Assembly (NCBI GenBank): GCA_963931155.1
Contig: OZ006978.1
Span: 1,498,289-1,562,288 of the forward strand
Direction: 5' to 3'
DNA: 64,000 bases
Source: an uncultured Clostridia bacterium
Lineage (GTDB): Bacteria > Bacillota > Clostridia > TANB77 > CAG-508
Shown: positions 1 through 13,200 of the stretch, piece after piece
Position numbering within the stretch: position 1 is the first letter of the stretch
How the letters are laid out: each line of letters starts with the position of its first letter
The notes under the pieces: generated by a model
What the model saw: only the letters and a program-made list of their open reading frames with translations
Told to the model about the DNA's origin: nothing
Databases searched by the model: none
Made by a program: the position numbers and the translations under genes

Positions 1-2272
1 AAGCGGAGATACTTCTTTTGGACATGGATATGTTTATGGTGTTGAAGTAACTGGTCGTGATAATGTTGGTGGTGGTTTTGGTCGATTGGATTACGGTGGT
101 GTTGGCAACGTATATATAAATGCAAAAGTTAAGGCTGAAGGTACGAATGCTGGTGGTGCAGTTGGTTATATGGATAATACTGACATGACTGCTTCAAGAA
201 ATGCAATAAATATTAAAAATTCACTTATCGTTGATACAGAAGTTGAAGCACAATCTAATGCTGGTGGGTTAATTGGAAATATTGCTAAAGAAATATTTAG
301 AGATGAATCATTCTATTATAACAACTACATTGAAGCAGATGTAACAAGTGAAAATACATCAACTGGTTCATTAATAATAGGTGGAAGACCAGATGAAAAT
401 TCATACATTACAAATACATATGTATATAAATACAGCACATTAAATGGAGATTATGTATATGCATCAAATGATAATATAAATGATGAGCAATATTTAGTAA
501 GAGCGGACTTGGAACAAGAAAGTACGTTTAAAAATAAAGTAGGGTTAGTATCTGATGCTGCATGGGATTACACACCATTACAACAAGGAAAATACCCAAT
601 AATGAAAGATGCATACTTATATAAGCCGGAATTACAAACTGGTGTAGACTTACCAACAGACCCAGACATTACAATAATAAATTCATTAAATAGTATAGCT
701 GGAAATGGCTTAGATAATGAAAATGATATAGCAGTACAAAGTATAGAAACTTTACCAACTGTTTCAGCATATCCAGTATCAGTAAATGAAATAAACATAG
801 ACTTTAGTGCTGTACCTGAAAAAACAAGCTTCACATACTATGTAAATGGACAAGAAAAAGATATATTAGCATTAACTCAAAAAACATATACATTTAGATA
901 TAATTATCAAGATACAATAGAAATAAGATTAACAAACGAAAATAACAAAACTACAAGTGACGAAAATGAAAACACGATAACAATAACACCAGAAAGTGTA
1001 AGAAGTGAAGCAAGTTTAGTTGGAAATAACAATGCATATTTACTAGGAACAAGCTTATACATCAATGGTGAACTACAACAAGGCAACTATGTAAATGTAT
1101 ATGGAGGATATGCACTAGATAGTAGTGGACAGGTTGTGGATATCGCAACGAAAGAAATAGTACAAGATGCAAATGGAATTACAAATGAAACTTCAAATAA
1201 AAATGAAGCTTCACAGGCAACTATAAATGATAATGCAGAAACATCAGAGGGGACTATTACAACGACGCAAGACCATACTTACTTAGAACAAACCGCAAAA
1301 CCACTTCATACATACGATTACAAAGGCAACACAATAGAAACTTATGGAACATACAGTAAAGTAAATGACAATATAAAAACACAAATATACAATGTAAGAA
1401 GCGGTATATTATCAGCTATTTCAAATAATACAGATATGAAAATAGATAACAACATAACAGATAACTACAATAACAAAGAATATCAAACAATATTAAATAG
1501 ATCAGGAGAATTAGTAGACTTAAAAGAAAAACTACAATATCCATCAAACTTTTTAAGTAGCAACATTAAACAGATAGTACAAAACCAAGATACAGAGAAA
1601 CCAGAAATGATGGTATTGTACAACACAGGAAAAGTAATAGTATTCAACTATGTAAATGGAAACATAGTATACGAGAATAATGAAAAAGCAGATTCAAGCT
1701 TAGTAAATTACTTAACAAGAAGTTTTGCAAATATATGGAATGACTATGAAGATAAATATCAAGAATATGAAAAAAGCAAAGAATTAGAAACAAAACTTGC
1801 AAAACTACCAGTAGAGGAAGCAATAAAAGAAGCAACAAATAATGGATTAAATAACAGTATAGAAAACACAAGTAACAACGTTAACAATAATAATATAAAT
1901 GCAAATAATACAAATAATTCAAATATGAACACAAATGTAGAAGATGAAAATAATAGTTCAGCAAATACTACAACAAACATTGCAAATACAGACAACAACT
2001 ATATTACAGTATACAATGAAAACACAGGAGAATACGAAGTATATAGTGAGGATGAAATACTAAATGGAGAAGAAGAAAATCCAGTATCAGAAACAGAAAA
2101 AATAAAACAAAATGGACTAGAAGGAATATATGGATACAATGCACAGAAAGAAGAAATAAAACCACAAGCAAATGGTGCGATAATAGTTGTTTCGATAATA
2201 GGAATTGCGATAATAGCATTAGTTGTTTTGAGAAAAATCATTCTAAAAAACAACAAAAAGCAAAACAAATAA
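1..2272 (+). CDS. Giant cell-surface protein, paralog A, C-terminal ~750 aa (5' end lies outside the window)
   Basis: The frame is open from nt 2 (SGDTSFGHGYVYGVEVTG...). It aligns with the C-terminal quarter of the 3170-aa ORF at 4228..13740 (GG[IL][IV]G repeats, STGSLIIGGRPDEN, LYKPELQTGVDLP, EKIKQNGLEGIYGYNA). It ends KPQAN-G, then a hydrophobic helix, then a KNNKKQNK tail. Confidence 0.85.
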   Translation, partial: SGDTSFGHGYVYGVEVTGRDNVGGGFGRLDYGGVGNVYINAKVKAEGTNAGGAVGYMDNTDMTASRNAINIKNSLIVDTEVEAQSNAGGLIGNIAKEIFRDESFYYNNYIEADVTSENTSTGSLIIGGRPDENSYITNTYVYKYSTLNGDYVYASNDNINDEQYLVRADLEQESTFKNKVGLVSDAAWDYTPLQQGKYPIMKDAYLYKPELQTGVDLPTDPDITIINSLNSIAGNGLDNENDIAVQSIETLPTVSAYPVSVNEINIDFSAVPEKTSFTYYVNGQEKDILALTQKTYTFRYNYQDTIEIRLTNENNKTTSDENENTITITPESVRSEASLVGNNNAYLLGTSLYINGELQQGNYVNVYGGYALDSSGQVVDIATKEIVQDANGITNETSNKNEASQATINDNAETSEGTITTTQDHTYLEQTAKPLHTYDYKGNTIETYGTYSKVNDNIKTQIYNVRSGILSAISNNTDMKIDNNITDNYNNKEYQTILNRSGELVDLKEKLQYPSNFLSSNIKQIVQNQDTEKPEMMVLYNTGKVIVFNYVNGNIVYENNEKADSSLVNYLTRSFANIWNDYEDKYQEYEKSKELETKLAKLPVEEAIKEATNNGLNNSIENTSNNVNNNNINANNTNNSNMNTNVEDENNSSANTTTNIANTDNNYITVYNENTGEYEVYSEDEILNGEEENPVSETEKIKQNGLEGIYGYNAQKEEIKPQANGAIIVVSIIGIAIIALVVLRKIILKNNKKQNK

Positions 2273-2291
2273 AAAAACAATAAATTAAAAC

Positions 2292-2327
2292 ATGCCAAAA
2301 GGACAATATAATAAGTCTTTTTGGCAT
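2292..2327 (+). terminator. Stem-loop after paralog A
   Basis: ATGCCAAAAGGAC (10-nt loop) GTCTTTTTGGCAT, a 13-bp stem 20 nt after the stop codon. There is only a weak U tract outside the stem. Confidence 0.5.
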
Positions 2328-2435
2328 ATTTAAATGAATAATTTTTGTAAGATTAAATATAATATATTTACAACTGTGCTACAAAATGATAAAATATAAG
2401 CACAATTGTAAATATATTATACGAGGAGATTAGAT

Positions 2436-3020
2436 ATGATTGATAAAATTTTAAAAATAATGGAAAAAAACAATGAAATAATAACACCTGCACAACTAGA
2501 AAAAAATGGAATATCTAGGATATATTTATCAAAGATGGAAAAAGAAGGAATTATCGAAAGAATTGAAAGGGGAATATATGTAACAAAAAAATTTAAATAT
2601 GATGAATATTATTTATTTCAATTAAGATACCCAAAAACAATATTTTCTCATAACACAGCATTATATTTTTATGGAATGACAGAAAGAACACCAATAAAAA
2701 TGGATGTCACAGTTTATAGAGAGTATAATCCACATAGATTTAAAAATTTCGCAAATGTTTATAAGATTAATAGAGAACTATATGATATGGGGGTTGTAAA
2801 AAAAGAGTCACCACAAGGAATGTTAGTAAAAACATATAATCTAGAAAGAACTGTATGTGATATTATAAAAGATAAAAATAGTTTAGAGATTGAAATAAGA
2901 AATAAAGCAATAAAAAAATGTATTAAAAGTAAAGAATTTGATGCTAGTAAAATGTTTGATTATGCTAAAAAAATGAATGTATATGATAAAGTTAAAAGTC
3001 ATATGGAGGCAATTATATGA
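2436..3020 (+). CDS. AbiEi-family antitoxin / transcriptional regulator (type IV TA)
   Basis: 194 aa. The N-terminus (ITPAQLEKNGISRIYLSKMEKEGIIERIERGIYV) is the typical AbiEi wHTH signature. Its stop overlaps the downstream start by 4 nt (ATGA). Confidence 0.8.
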   Translation: MIDKILKIMEKNNEIITPAQLEKNGISRIYLSKMEKEGIIERIERGIYVTKKFKYDEYYLFQLRYPKTIFSHNTALYFYGMTERTPIKMDVTVYREYNPHRFKNFANVYKINRELYDMGVVKKESPQGMLVKTYNLERTVCDIIKDKNSLEIEIRNKAIKKCIKSKEFDASKMFDYAKKMNVYDKVKSHMEAII

Positions 3021-3850
3021 TAAAAAATGCTAAAAGCTTAATAGATAAATCAAAAAATTTAGCAACAAAGTATAATATTACAGTAAATGAAGTATTACAG
3101 AATTATATGTTTGAAAGAATACTAGAAAGATTATCTGTTTCAAAATATAAAAACAATTTTATATTAAAAGGAGGATTATTGCTATCTTCAATAATGGGAA
3201 TAGATACTAGAACTACTATGGATATGGATACTTGTATAAAAGGAATTAACTTAACTGAAGAACAACTATATAAAGTATTAACTGAAATTTTAAACATAGA
3301 TATACATGATAATGTAAATTTCATAATAGAGAATACTAAACCTATAAGAGAAGATGATGAATATGGAGGATTAAAATATAATATTGTAGCAAAATTTGAT
3401 AATCTTAGGGTAAATTTAAGTATAGATGTAGCAACAGGAGATTTAATAACTCCAAGTGAAATAGAATATGAATATAAAATGATATTTGAAAATAGATGCT
3501 TAAAAATAATGACTTATAATATAGAAAGTATCATAGCTGAAAAATTCCAAACATTAATATCAAGAGGAATATTAAATAGCAGGATGAAGGATTATTATGA
3601 CTTATATTATTTAATAAAATATAAAAGCTATTCAGAAGATATACTTCAAAATGCAATAGAAAAAACATTTAACAGAAGAAATACAGACATGCAAAGTATA
3701 AATAAAGTCCTTAAAGAAATAGAAAAAAGCGATTTTATAAAAGATTTATGGAAAAGATATTCACAAAAGTATCAATACACAAAAAATATAGAATTTAAGG
3801 AAATAATAAGTTATATAAATAAGTTAGGTAAAATAATTTACAAAAATTAA
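3017..3850 (+). CDS. AbiEii/AbiGii-family nucleotidyltransferase toxin (DUF1814)
   Basis: 277 aa, translationally coupled to the AbiEi gene. FILKGGLLL...MDMD... is an NTase-like motif layout typical of AbiEii. Confidence 0.75.
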   Translation: MIKNAKSLIDKSKNLATKYNITVNEVLQNYMFERILERLSVSKYKNNFILKGGLLLSSIMGIDTRTTMDMDTCIKGINLTEEQLYKVLTEILNIDIHDNVNFIIENTKPIREDDEYGGLKYNIVAKFDNLRVNLSIDVATGDLITPSEIEYEYKMIFENRCLKIMTYNIESIIAEKFQTLISRGILNSRMKDYYDLYYLIKYKSYSEDILQNAIEKTFNRRNTDMQSINKVLKEIEKSDFIKDLWKRYSQKYQYTKNIEFKEIISYINKLGKIIYKN

Positions 3851-3879
3851 AAAATAATGATACAATATAAAAAAAGTTA

Positions 3880-3888
3880 TGGTATAAT
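3880..3888 (+). promoter_or_regulatory. Extended -10 promoter (TGgTATAAT) of giant paralog B
   Basis: TGGTATAAT. The 16-nt context agttatgGtataataa is 15/16 identical to agttatgAtataataa at 15416..15431, upstream of paralog C. Confidence 0.6.
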
Positions 3889-3953
3889 AATTTTTGATAA
3901 AAAGAAGAAAGGAAAACAAGAAAAATGAGCAAGCTTGAAAGCCTTGGCGCTGT

Positions 3954-3975
3954 ACACACACACACACACACACAC
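3954..3975. repeat. (AC)11 dinucleotide microsatellite in the 5' leader of paralog B
   Basis: Read directly: gtACACACACACACACACACACACaat. Confidence 0.98.
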
Positions 3976-4095
3976 AATACGTTCTTACCAAAAGGAATGT
4001 TGGAAACAAAGTACGAGAATAGATAGAAGATTCTTCGGAAGAAGAATCCTATTAAACATGCCTCAAAGTTTTAATAGAATAGATAAAGTAACAAC

Positions 4096-4163
4096 AGGGA
4101 TAGACTGTATTACTGTAAATGTTAGTAAAAGGAACATTTATGGTGATATGGCCTATCCTTTTT
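4096..4163 (+). terminator. Candidate leader terminator/attenuator upstream of paralog B
   Basis: Outer stem AGGGATAG (4096-4103) / CTATCCT (4153-4159). Inner hairpin TAAATGTT (4116-4123) / AACATTTA (4133-4140). A T5 run follows at 4159-4163, 65 nt before the GTG start. Confidence 0.35.
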
Positions 4164-4227
4164 GCGTGTGAAAAGTAAGTATTTAAAGAAAAATAAGAAA
4201 TCAAAAGCAGAAAGGAATTGAGGTATA

Positions 4228-7200
4228 GTGAGAAAAGATAGAATAAATAAAACACAAGTGAATAATAAAAAGATACGTAAAGAAAAGAGAGGTTTGAACA
4301 ATAAAGGCAAAAGAGTAAATGTAAAGAATTTACCTACATTTATATTGATAGGACTAATTTTAATGATAATCATAATAGCAATAATCTATTATGTGTTTTT
4401 GAGATATGCACCAGAACAGATAATAACGTATAGTGGATATGCAATAGAGGGACAAGCATTAGCAGAAAACTTAAAAAATAGTGACATATCTAATGTTAAG
4501 CCATACTTGGATTTGGTAGAAGTACAAGAAAATGATTTACTATATAAACGCTTAAATTCATATTATGTAGGAGAAGATGATAAAAAAGAGATAGACATTA
4601 ATTATCCAATATACATAAATGAAGGAAATGCTCTTTTAAACATAGGAAAGAATACAAAATTAATAACAGTAAATTATGAAGAAGTAGCTGGATATCCAGA
4701 GTTCATGATGACAGATGGAGTAATGTATAATGGAGCAGATTTAACGAGAGCAGATGGGAATAAATATATATTCTTAAAGAGTGAAGATGAAATATATACA
4801 AATGTAGGAGCAATAAAGATAACAACTGCAACAAACACATACAACATAAAAGAATTTAGTAATATATATTTTACAGAAAATTCAATTACATATTATGAAA
4901 TGGAAGAAGATTCAAATGTACAAAATTGGTATATGAAATATAAAAGAATAGATGATATAGATAATAATTCGAAGATAGAAGTAAAAGGAGAAACTATTTC
5001 ATACAAAACATTTCTAGAAAGATTAGGTTTAATAGACTCAGAAGAAAACGTAAACAATACTGATAAAGAAAAAACAACAAACGAGATAAGTGAAAACACA
5101 GTAGAAAAACCAGAGCAAGTAAATGAAGAAAGCTCAGCAAATGAAAACAATAATATCACTACTGAAGCAACAACAGATAGCAAAGAAGAGAACAAAGAAC
5201 CAGAATGGCAAGAAGGAATGTGGGAGAAACCAGAAGTAAGTTGTACTGATTTTGAGGGAGAAGTATATACAATAAGAACAAACTTATCAGTAAGAGATAG
5301 AGCAGGAGTTATAACAAGAGGAATAACATTTGAAATATATTTAGATGGAAGACTAAATAGAAGAGTGCAAGTGGCACAGGCAGGAACACTAGAAATAACA
5401 AACTTAAGACCAAGTTCAGAATATGAGATAAGAGGAATATTCTACTACAATGATGAAAATGGAATAGAACAAGAGGAAGAATTCTACACAGGAAAAGTAA
5501 GTACAAAATCAATAGATACATTAGGAACACTAGACTTTAGCTTCCAAAACGGAGAAATATATTCAAATAAAATAGAAATAATACACTTAAAACTAAATAA
5601 CAATATAGATGAAGAAGTAGTAAGAGGAATATCAAGGCTACAAGTAGAAATAGGAGATGTAGCATATAGATTAACAAATGCACAAATAGATGAATTAAAA
5701 GCAGGAAAAGAAATAACATATCAAACAAGTGAAAACTTAACATCAAATAGTAAGATAAAATATGAGATAACAGCATTTGATAGATTTGGAAATGAACTAA
5801 AAGAGAAGAACAATGAAGGAGAGACAATAACCTCAAAGCAAATGCCAACAGCAAGTATAAGACCAACAAAACAAGATGTAACAGAAATAGAGATAGAAGT
5901 AGTATTAAACAATAAAGATAATGTAAAACTGGAAAATTATAGATATGAAATAACAAATCCAAGTGGAGATATAGTAAAACAAGGAATACTAGGAACTGGA
6001 AATAGTAATGGCTCAAACAACGGACAAGTTGGTGAAGATGGAAGTCTGATAGCAGGAGGCAACATAAATGACGGACACAAAGAAACACTAAAATTCAACG
6101 ACCTAGACCCAAATGGATATTATCAAATAGTAATCTATGGAGATTACGACTTAGAAGATGGAACAGGAATAAAAGAAAATGCAGAATTAGGAAGAGGAAG
6201 TTTTGTAACAAGACCAATAGCATCACTAGGATATATGCAAGTAAAAATAGATGATAAAGAAATAACACAAAACTCAATGGACTTAGGAATAAGTATAGAT
6301 GAAAATCAAACAGATGCAAGACTTTTAGCAATACTAGATAAAGTGGAAGTAGTTATATATGACGAAGGTAAAAATACAGATAACGATGGGCAACAAGGAC
6401 AAGAAGAACAAAGCAAAGAAACAGAAGTCCAACGCATAACCTTTATGCAAGAGCAAGTCCAACAAATAAAAACATCAGAAGAAGTGGAACTAAGTATAGA
6501 GCAACTAAACTCAAACACAAAATACAGAATAGATGTAATAACAACAGTAAGACAAGGAACAGTAGAAGAAGTAGTAGAAGATAAACAAAATATAGAACAA
6601 TTAATAACACTAAAAATGCCAGCAGAAGTACAAATAAAGAACCAATTTGTAATAGGTACAATGATAGACCTAGACATGAGAATAGAAGATATAGATAGTT
6701 CGGTATTAACAAACAAAGTAAGAATAGAGGTAAGAGATAAAGACAATAAATTAATAGACCTAAGTGAAATGTCAACAAATGCAGAATATGAAAGAAAAGT
6801 ATATGAAGACCTAACACCAAATGAAGAATATAGAATAATAGTATATGCACCACAATACAACATAGGAAGTACAGATAAAACATACAAAGCAGATTACATA
6901 TTAAAAGAAATAAAAATAGTAACAGAAACAGGAATAAGTGGAAGATTAGATTTAATAGGGCTAGAAAAAACACCAACGGGAAAAAACCTAATAGATGTAT
7001 CTTCTAAAGTAAATTGGTTTGAAAGATGTTTTAATATTAGTAATAAATATGGCTTAAGTTACAATGAAGAGAATAAGATACTTAAATTAGGTGGGTCTAT
7101 GTGGACTAATAATATAAATTATTATGATTTAAGCAAATATCTAGGACAACAAGTAACAATAAGTTTCAAAGCTAGAGAACAAAACAATACAAATTTAGAT

Positions 7201-10200
7201 ATATTAGAAATAAACAATAATGATTTTATAGAAACGAAATATACTGCGTATTATACAATTAATGATTTAAATAATGAATGGCAAGAATATAACTATACAG
7301 TAACATTAAGCAAAACAGGATATATAGGTTTTTATGTTACAGCTAACAATGCAGTTGTTGAAATGCAAGACCTTCAAATAGAACTAGGAAATAAGAAAAC
7401 AGATTACGAAGAATTCAAATATGATTACAATGCAAATATAGCAGTAACAGTAAATGATGAAAGAAACGAAATTGTAACCAATGATTACTATATACGAATT
7501 TACAAAAACAATGAACAAATACAGGAACTACGTTATGAAGAAATAGGAGAAAACAACAAAGTAGAAAATGCACAAAAAACATACAACATAGAACCAGATG
7601 CAAATTATAAAATAGAGCTTTTAGTAAAAATAGGAGAAAGATTTTATGAGCTAGACTCACAAGAATTCTCCACAGAAGGTTCAAGAGAAGTAAAAGGAAT
7701 ATTTAATTTACAAGATTACTTAAAAATACAACCATATGGAGAATATATAGTTTTAGATTACATAGATTTATCAAATGCAAAATATTCATTTGGAGTTGTA
7801 AATGTACTATCTTTTGATGGAACTATAGATTTTAATGGAAACAAATTAATAAATGCTGATTATTTCTCGGATGGCAATAGAGTATTTCAAGAAATGGGAA
7901 GTACAGGAATAATTGAAAATATTGTATTTGAAGTAAAAATAAATGGAAAAACACCAGTAAATGCATTTGGAGGACTAACACAAATAAATTATGGTACAAT
8001 AAGAAATGTACAAATAAATGTGATAGAATCTATAGAAAAAGCAAATTATACAGTTTTTCTAATGGCATATGATAATTATGGTACAATTGAGAATTTTGTA
8101 GTAAATTATCAAGAACCAATCTATGCAGAATATCCTTCTTTAACGTATGTAAACCATGGCATTTTAAGAAATGGATATATGTATGGAAAGAATATACAAG
8201 AAATAAGTCAGACGACTAAATTAACTGGAGCATTTACAAAAAGTAATAATGATAGTGGGATGATAGAAAACATATATACACTAGTAAACATAGATAATGT
8301 GTATAAAACACATCAAACTGCCAATATTGCAGGTAATAATAATAATAATGCAACAGTACAAAATGTATATTCTGTAGGTATAGGAAAAAATGTGACAGAT
8401 TTAACACGTGGACCTACTGTATACTCTAAAAATTCAACAAAAGTATATAATAATTATTATTTTGCAGATGAAATATTTACAAGTGAATTAGAAACAAAAG
8501 GAAATATGTTATCACTTTGGGATTCAACATTTCAAAATCAAATCTTAAATAGCGATGGAGCATTTATAGTAGATGAGCTAGTTAATGAAGGATATTATCC
8601 TCAAATAAAAATGCCAGAATGTATGCCTGCACAAGAATTTATAGAATTACCAGAAGTAAAAGACGCAGACTTACCAGATATATTATCAACTAAAATATTA
8701 GAGCAAGGAACAAATACAGTAAAAGTAGAGTTTAGCGTAAATAACCCAAATGCAGAAACAATAAGCAATATACAAATAGAAAATTTGGAAGTAGAAATAT
8801 TATCTCAAGAGTATAGTAATAAAAAAAGCACAGTAATAGCAGAATTAAAAAATCCATTAATTTGTGTTTCTAGTTATGATGTACTAAGTATAAGTACAAA
8901 AGGAGCATATGGAAGCTCATATACGAGACCATATGAAAAAGGAGAAAGAGTAATAAACGTAGATTTATACAAAGAAATATGGAATATAAATGACTGGAAA
9001 GCAATAAAAGATTCACCAACAGAAAATTATATGTTAATGGCAGATTTAAATTTTGCAAATGAAGGAAATGCGATTTATATAGACAGAGATATCTATGGAA
9101 TATTAAATGGAAACGGACATAGTATATCTAATATATACCTAACTGGAAATACACAGGTAATAAGAGGTGTATATGGAACAATTAAAAATTTAACCATTAA
9201 TAACTTTAATCAAGAAGAGGTAATTACGTTTGGAGGTTTTATAAATTATTTAGGTTCATCTTCTATAGTAGATAATGTTCACATGGTGGATGTTAAAATA
9301 CATAAAAGTGGAGATGGAAGAGCAGGTACTCTTTCTAATGATGCAGGTGCAAGTATGATAAAAAATTCATCAGCCCAAAACATAACAATAATAACAGAAG
9401 GAAATCAGAGTACCTTACATATTGGTGGCTTGATAGGTAGAATAAGTAATACTACAATAGAAAATTGCTATGTAAAAGGACTTAGTGTAAAAGATGAAAA
9501 AGCTATAAACTCAGGTATAGGAGGAATTGTAGGAGTGAGTGCAAATTCCAACAATATAGAAAATTGTTATGTAGAAGGAAAAATAAACTCAGCTAATTTA
9601 AATGTTGGTGGAATTATTGGAAACAGTAGTAATGATAATATAGAAAACTGCTATTCAAAAGTAGATATATCGGCTACAAACAATAACATAGGAGAAATAG
9701 TAGGCTCATATGCAGGAAGTAGTCTAGAGGCAATATCAAACAACTTAAGCATAGGAAATATATATACAAGTTCAGGATTAGATGGGATGAACAGAATATT
9801 AGGAAGTAATGAGGGAACAGAAAGCAACAACTATGCATATGAAAATCAATTATTAAATGGCTATATAAGAGAAGAAGCAAAAGGAGCAACATTGTTAGGA
9901 AAAGAAGAGGTACTAAATTTAAACTTAGGAGAAAGCTATAATTATGATAAAAAAGAAGAAGGTATATTACCAAAGCTATATAACACAGAGGGAACAGAAC
10001 TTTTACCAAACCAAGATGATATATTCTTAGATAATAGCGACACTATAGAAAATGTAGAATTAGAAGTAGAAAGCATTGAAGCTAGCAAGCCAAACACAAC
10101 AGAGGCAGAAGTAACAGTAAAAATAAAAAATCCAAAGGGAGTAGAAATAACAGGACTAGGAATAGAAGATATGGAAGTTACTGCTGTAACAAGAAATGTA

Positions 10201-13200
10201 ACACAAAATGGAATAACAAGTATAACAGTAAGTGCAACTCCAACAAGATACTATGATAGCTATAAATTAACAGGAATAAAATATAAAACAAAAAGTGTAG
10301 AAGAACAAACAAAAGAAATAGAAGTAGAAATACCAGTACAATTCTATAAAGAAATATATACATATGAAGATTGGCAGGGAATAGAAGAAGGAACATATCA
10401 GAATTACAGATTAATGGCAGATATAGATTTTAGTGGAAAATCAAGTATAAAAAATAATATAACAGTAAATAGACTAGAAGCTGAAAATAATTTATATACA
10501 TTAAAAAATATCACATTAGAATTTAATAAAGGAAATACAGGATTAATAAATAATGTAAAAACAAGCATAAAGAATATAGGATTTGAAAATATTACATTAA
10601 CTAATACAGGTTCTGGAAGTTATTTTGGAGTGATATCAAATAGCAATGCAGATATAGAAAACCTAAAATTTACCAATATAACCATAGATAACACAGGAGG
10701 AACTTTTGACGAAGTAGGTGTAATTGGAGGTACTACTTCGGGAAATATTAATAATGTAGAACTTAAAAATATAAATGTAAAAGGAAATACAGATGTAGGA
10801 GGATTTATAGGACAAATTAACATAGGGGTAGAAACAACAATTCAAAATATATCTGGAGATAACATAAATGTAGAAGGTAAAACAAATTATGCAGGAGGAA
10901 TAATAGGAAGACAAACAGGAACAAATATAAAAATAGAAAATATAAAAATAGAAAATTCTAATGTAAAAGGAAATGGTTATACTGGCGGTATTATTGGTGT
11001 AGTATATAATATAAGTTTAAAATATTTAGAAACTAATAACACGGAAATTTCCGGTGGCTCTTATGTAGGCGGTGTAATAGGTTTTTCTAGTATGAGTACT
11101 ATATGGTTCAGCCAAGTTAATTCGTCAAATATAAGTGGAACAGGCAATCTTATAGGCGGTGTGGTTGGACAATGTAGTAGTAGTTCTCCATATTATGTAG
11201 TTGTAAAAAATAGTAAAATTAATGCACTATCAACAAACTCAAAATATATTGGAGGTATTGCAGGAAATAATGCTTGGTGTGGAGTATATTATTATGCAGT
11301 AATTGATACAGAAATAATTAGTAATGGAACAAATGTAGGAGGAGTTACAAATAATTCAGAAGGAGAAAATGACACTAGTTCCGTAGAAGCTAAGTGGGGT
11401 TATGTAAAAAACACAGTTGTTCAAGGAAACTCAAGTGTTGGAGGAATAATTGGATACGGTAGAATGGTTGGAATTCAGGTGGTTTATGTAAATGCCGAGG
11501 TAAAAGCAAATATACATTCAGCAGGAGGACTTGTAGGATATGGAGATAATAAATATATGACAGGAGCAACTAATAGGTTAGTGGCAAATGGTTGTATGGT
11601 TATAGATAGTACTATAACAGCTCCAACAAAAGCAGGAGGATATTTTGGAGATATAGCAAAAGAGCTATATAGAACAGGAAATTATTATACTAATAATTAT
11701 ATTGAAGCAGATGTAATAAGTGAGAATAGTTCTACAGGTTCATTATTAATAGGCGGAAGACCTGATGAAAATGATTATGTACTAGCTACATATATATATA
11801 AGTATAGTACATTAAATGGAGATTATGTATATTCAACAAATGACAATATAGACAATAAACAATATTTAGTAAGAACAGATTTAGAGCAACAAAACACATA
11901 TTTAAGTAAAATAGGAATTGGAATAACATATTGGAATTATGCAAGTTTAACAGAAGGAAAATATCCTAAAATATTAGATTCATACCTATACAAACCAGAA
12001 TTACAAGAAGGAGTGGATTTACCAGTTGATCCAGAAATTTCCTCACTAAATATATTAAATGAGGAAAATGAGGACAATTTAAATTCAAATAATCAAAACA
12101 ACTTGACGGAGCAAAACGGTATAACAAGTGATAACGAAAAAGTAACAGAAGATGCAGGAGCATTACCAAGCTATACAGTATATCCTGTTTCTGTAAATGA
12201 AATAAATGTAGACTTTAGTGAAGTAGTAAATAATTATAAAGTAGAAGGAAATAATGAGCAACAAGGAGAACAAACAAGTAGTGCAGATACAAGAACATAC
12301 TTCACATACTACGTAAACGGAGAAGAAAAAGAAACGGTAGAATTAAGCAATAGCACAAAACAAACATATACATTTAAATATAATTTTAGAGATACATTAG
12401 AAATAAAGCTTACAAGAGAAGATAATGTAGATTTAAATAATGTGGTGGAAAATACTCAAACAAATTTAACATCAGACGAAAGTGCAAGTACAAAAATTAA
12501 TATGGAAACAAACGCAGAAATAGGCACAAAAACAAACATACACACAGAAATAATAATAATCAAACCAGAAGATGTAAGAAGTGAAGCAAGTTTAGTTGGT
12601 AGTATCAATGCATATTTATTAGGCACGAACTTATACATAAATGGAGAATTACAACAAGGAGAATATGTAAATGTATATGAAGGATTAGCTCTAAAAAGTG
12701 ATGGTACAGTAATAAATATAGCAACAAATGAAAATGTAGAACAAAATGTGGAAACAGTATTAGAAGAAAATGCGAAACCTTTAGAAACGCACAACTACAA
12801 GGACTACAGAATAAACACATATGGAACTTACAGCACAGTAAATGGAAATATAAAACTTCAAATATACAATGTAAGAAGCGGTAAGTTATCAGCTTTATCA
12901 AACACTATGGATATAAAAATAGGAAATAACATAACAGACAACTACAACGACAAAGAATATCAAACAATATTAGCAACAGAAGGAAACTTAGTGGACTTAA
13001 AAGAAATGCTAAAATATCCAGAGAATTTCCTAACAAGAAATATAAAACAAATAGCACAAAATACAGATGAAGAAAAAACAGAAATGATAGTATTATACAA
13101 TACTGGAAAAGTAATAGTATTTAACTATGTAACAGGAGAAGTAATTTATGAAAACAACGAAAAAGCAGATTCGGGATTAGTAGATTACTTAGAAGGAAGT

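Noticed and set aside
3954-3975. The (AC)11 microsatellite as eukaryotic contamination or a chimeric assembly
   Set aside because: Both flanks are continuous, AT-rich bacterial sequence with a promoter homologous to the one at 15416. A second dinucleotide tract, (AG)8, occupies the equivalent region of the next paralogue.
3935-4171. 78-aa ORF (TTG start) in the leader of paralog B as a stand-alone protein gene
   Set aside because: It has a TTG start without an RBS, and a basic low-complexity product with a (Thr-His)n stretch arising from the AC repeat. It is considered only as an alternative frame of the leader ORF.
3895-4227. c-di-GMP (GEMM-I/II) riboswitch controlling the adhesin-like gene
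   Set aside because: It is attractive by analogy with clostridial adhesin genes. However, I could not align the conserved GEMM cores (such as ...GCAAACC...GGGACGCAAAGCC...) to this leader. This needs a covariance-model scan.
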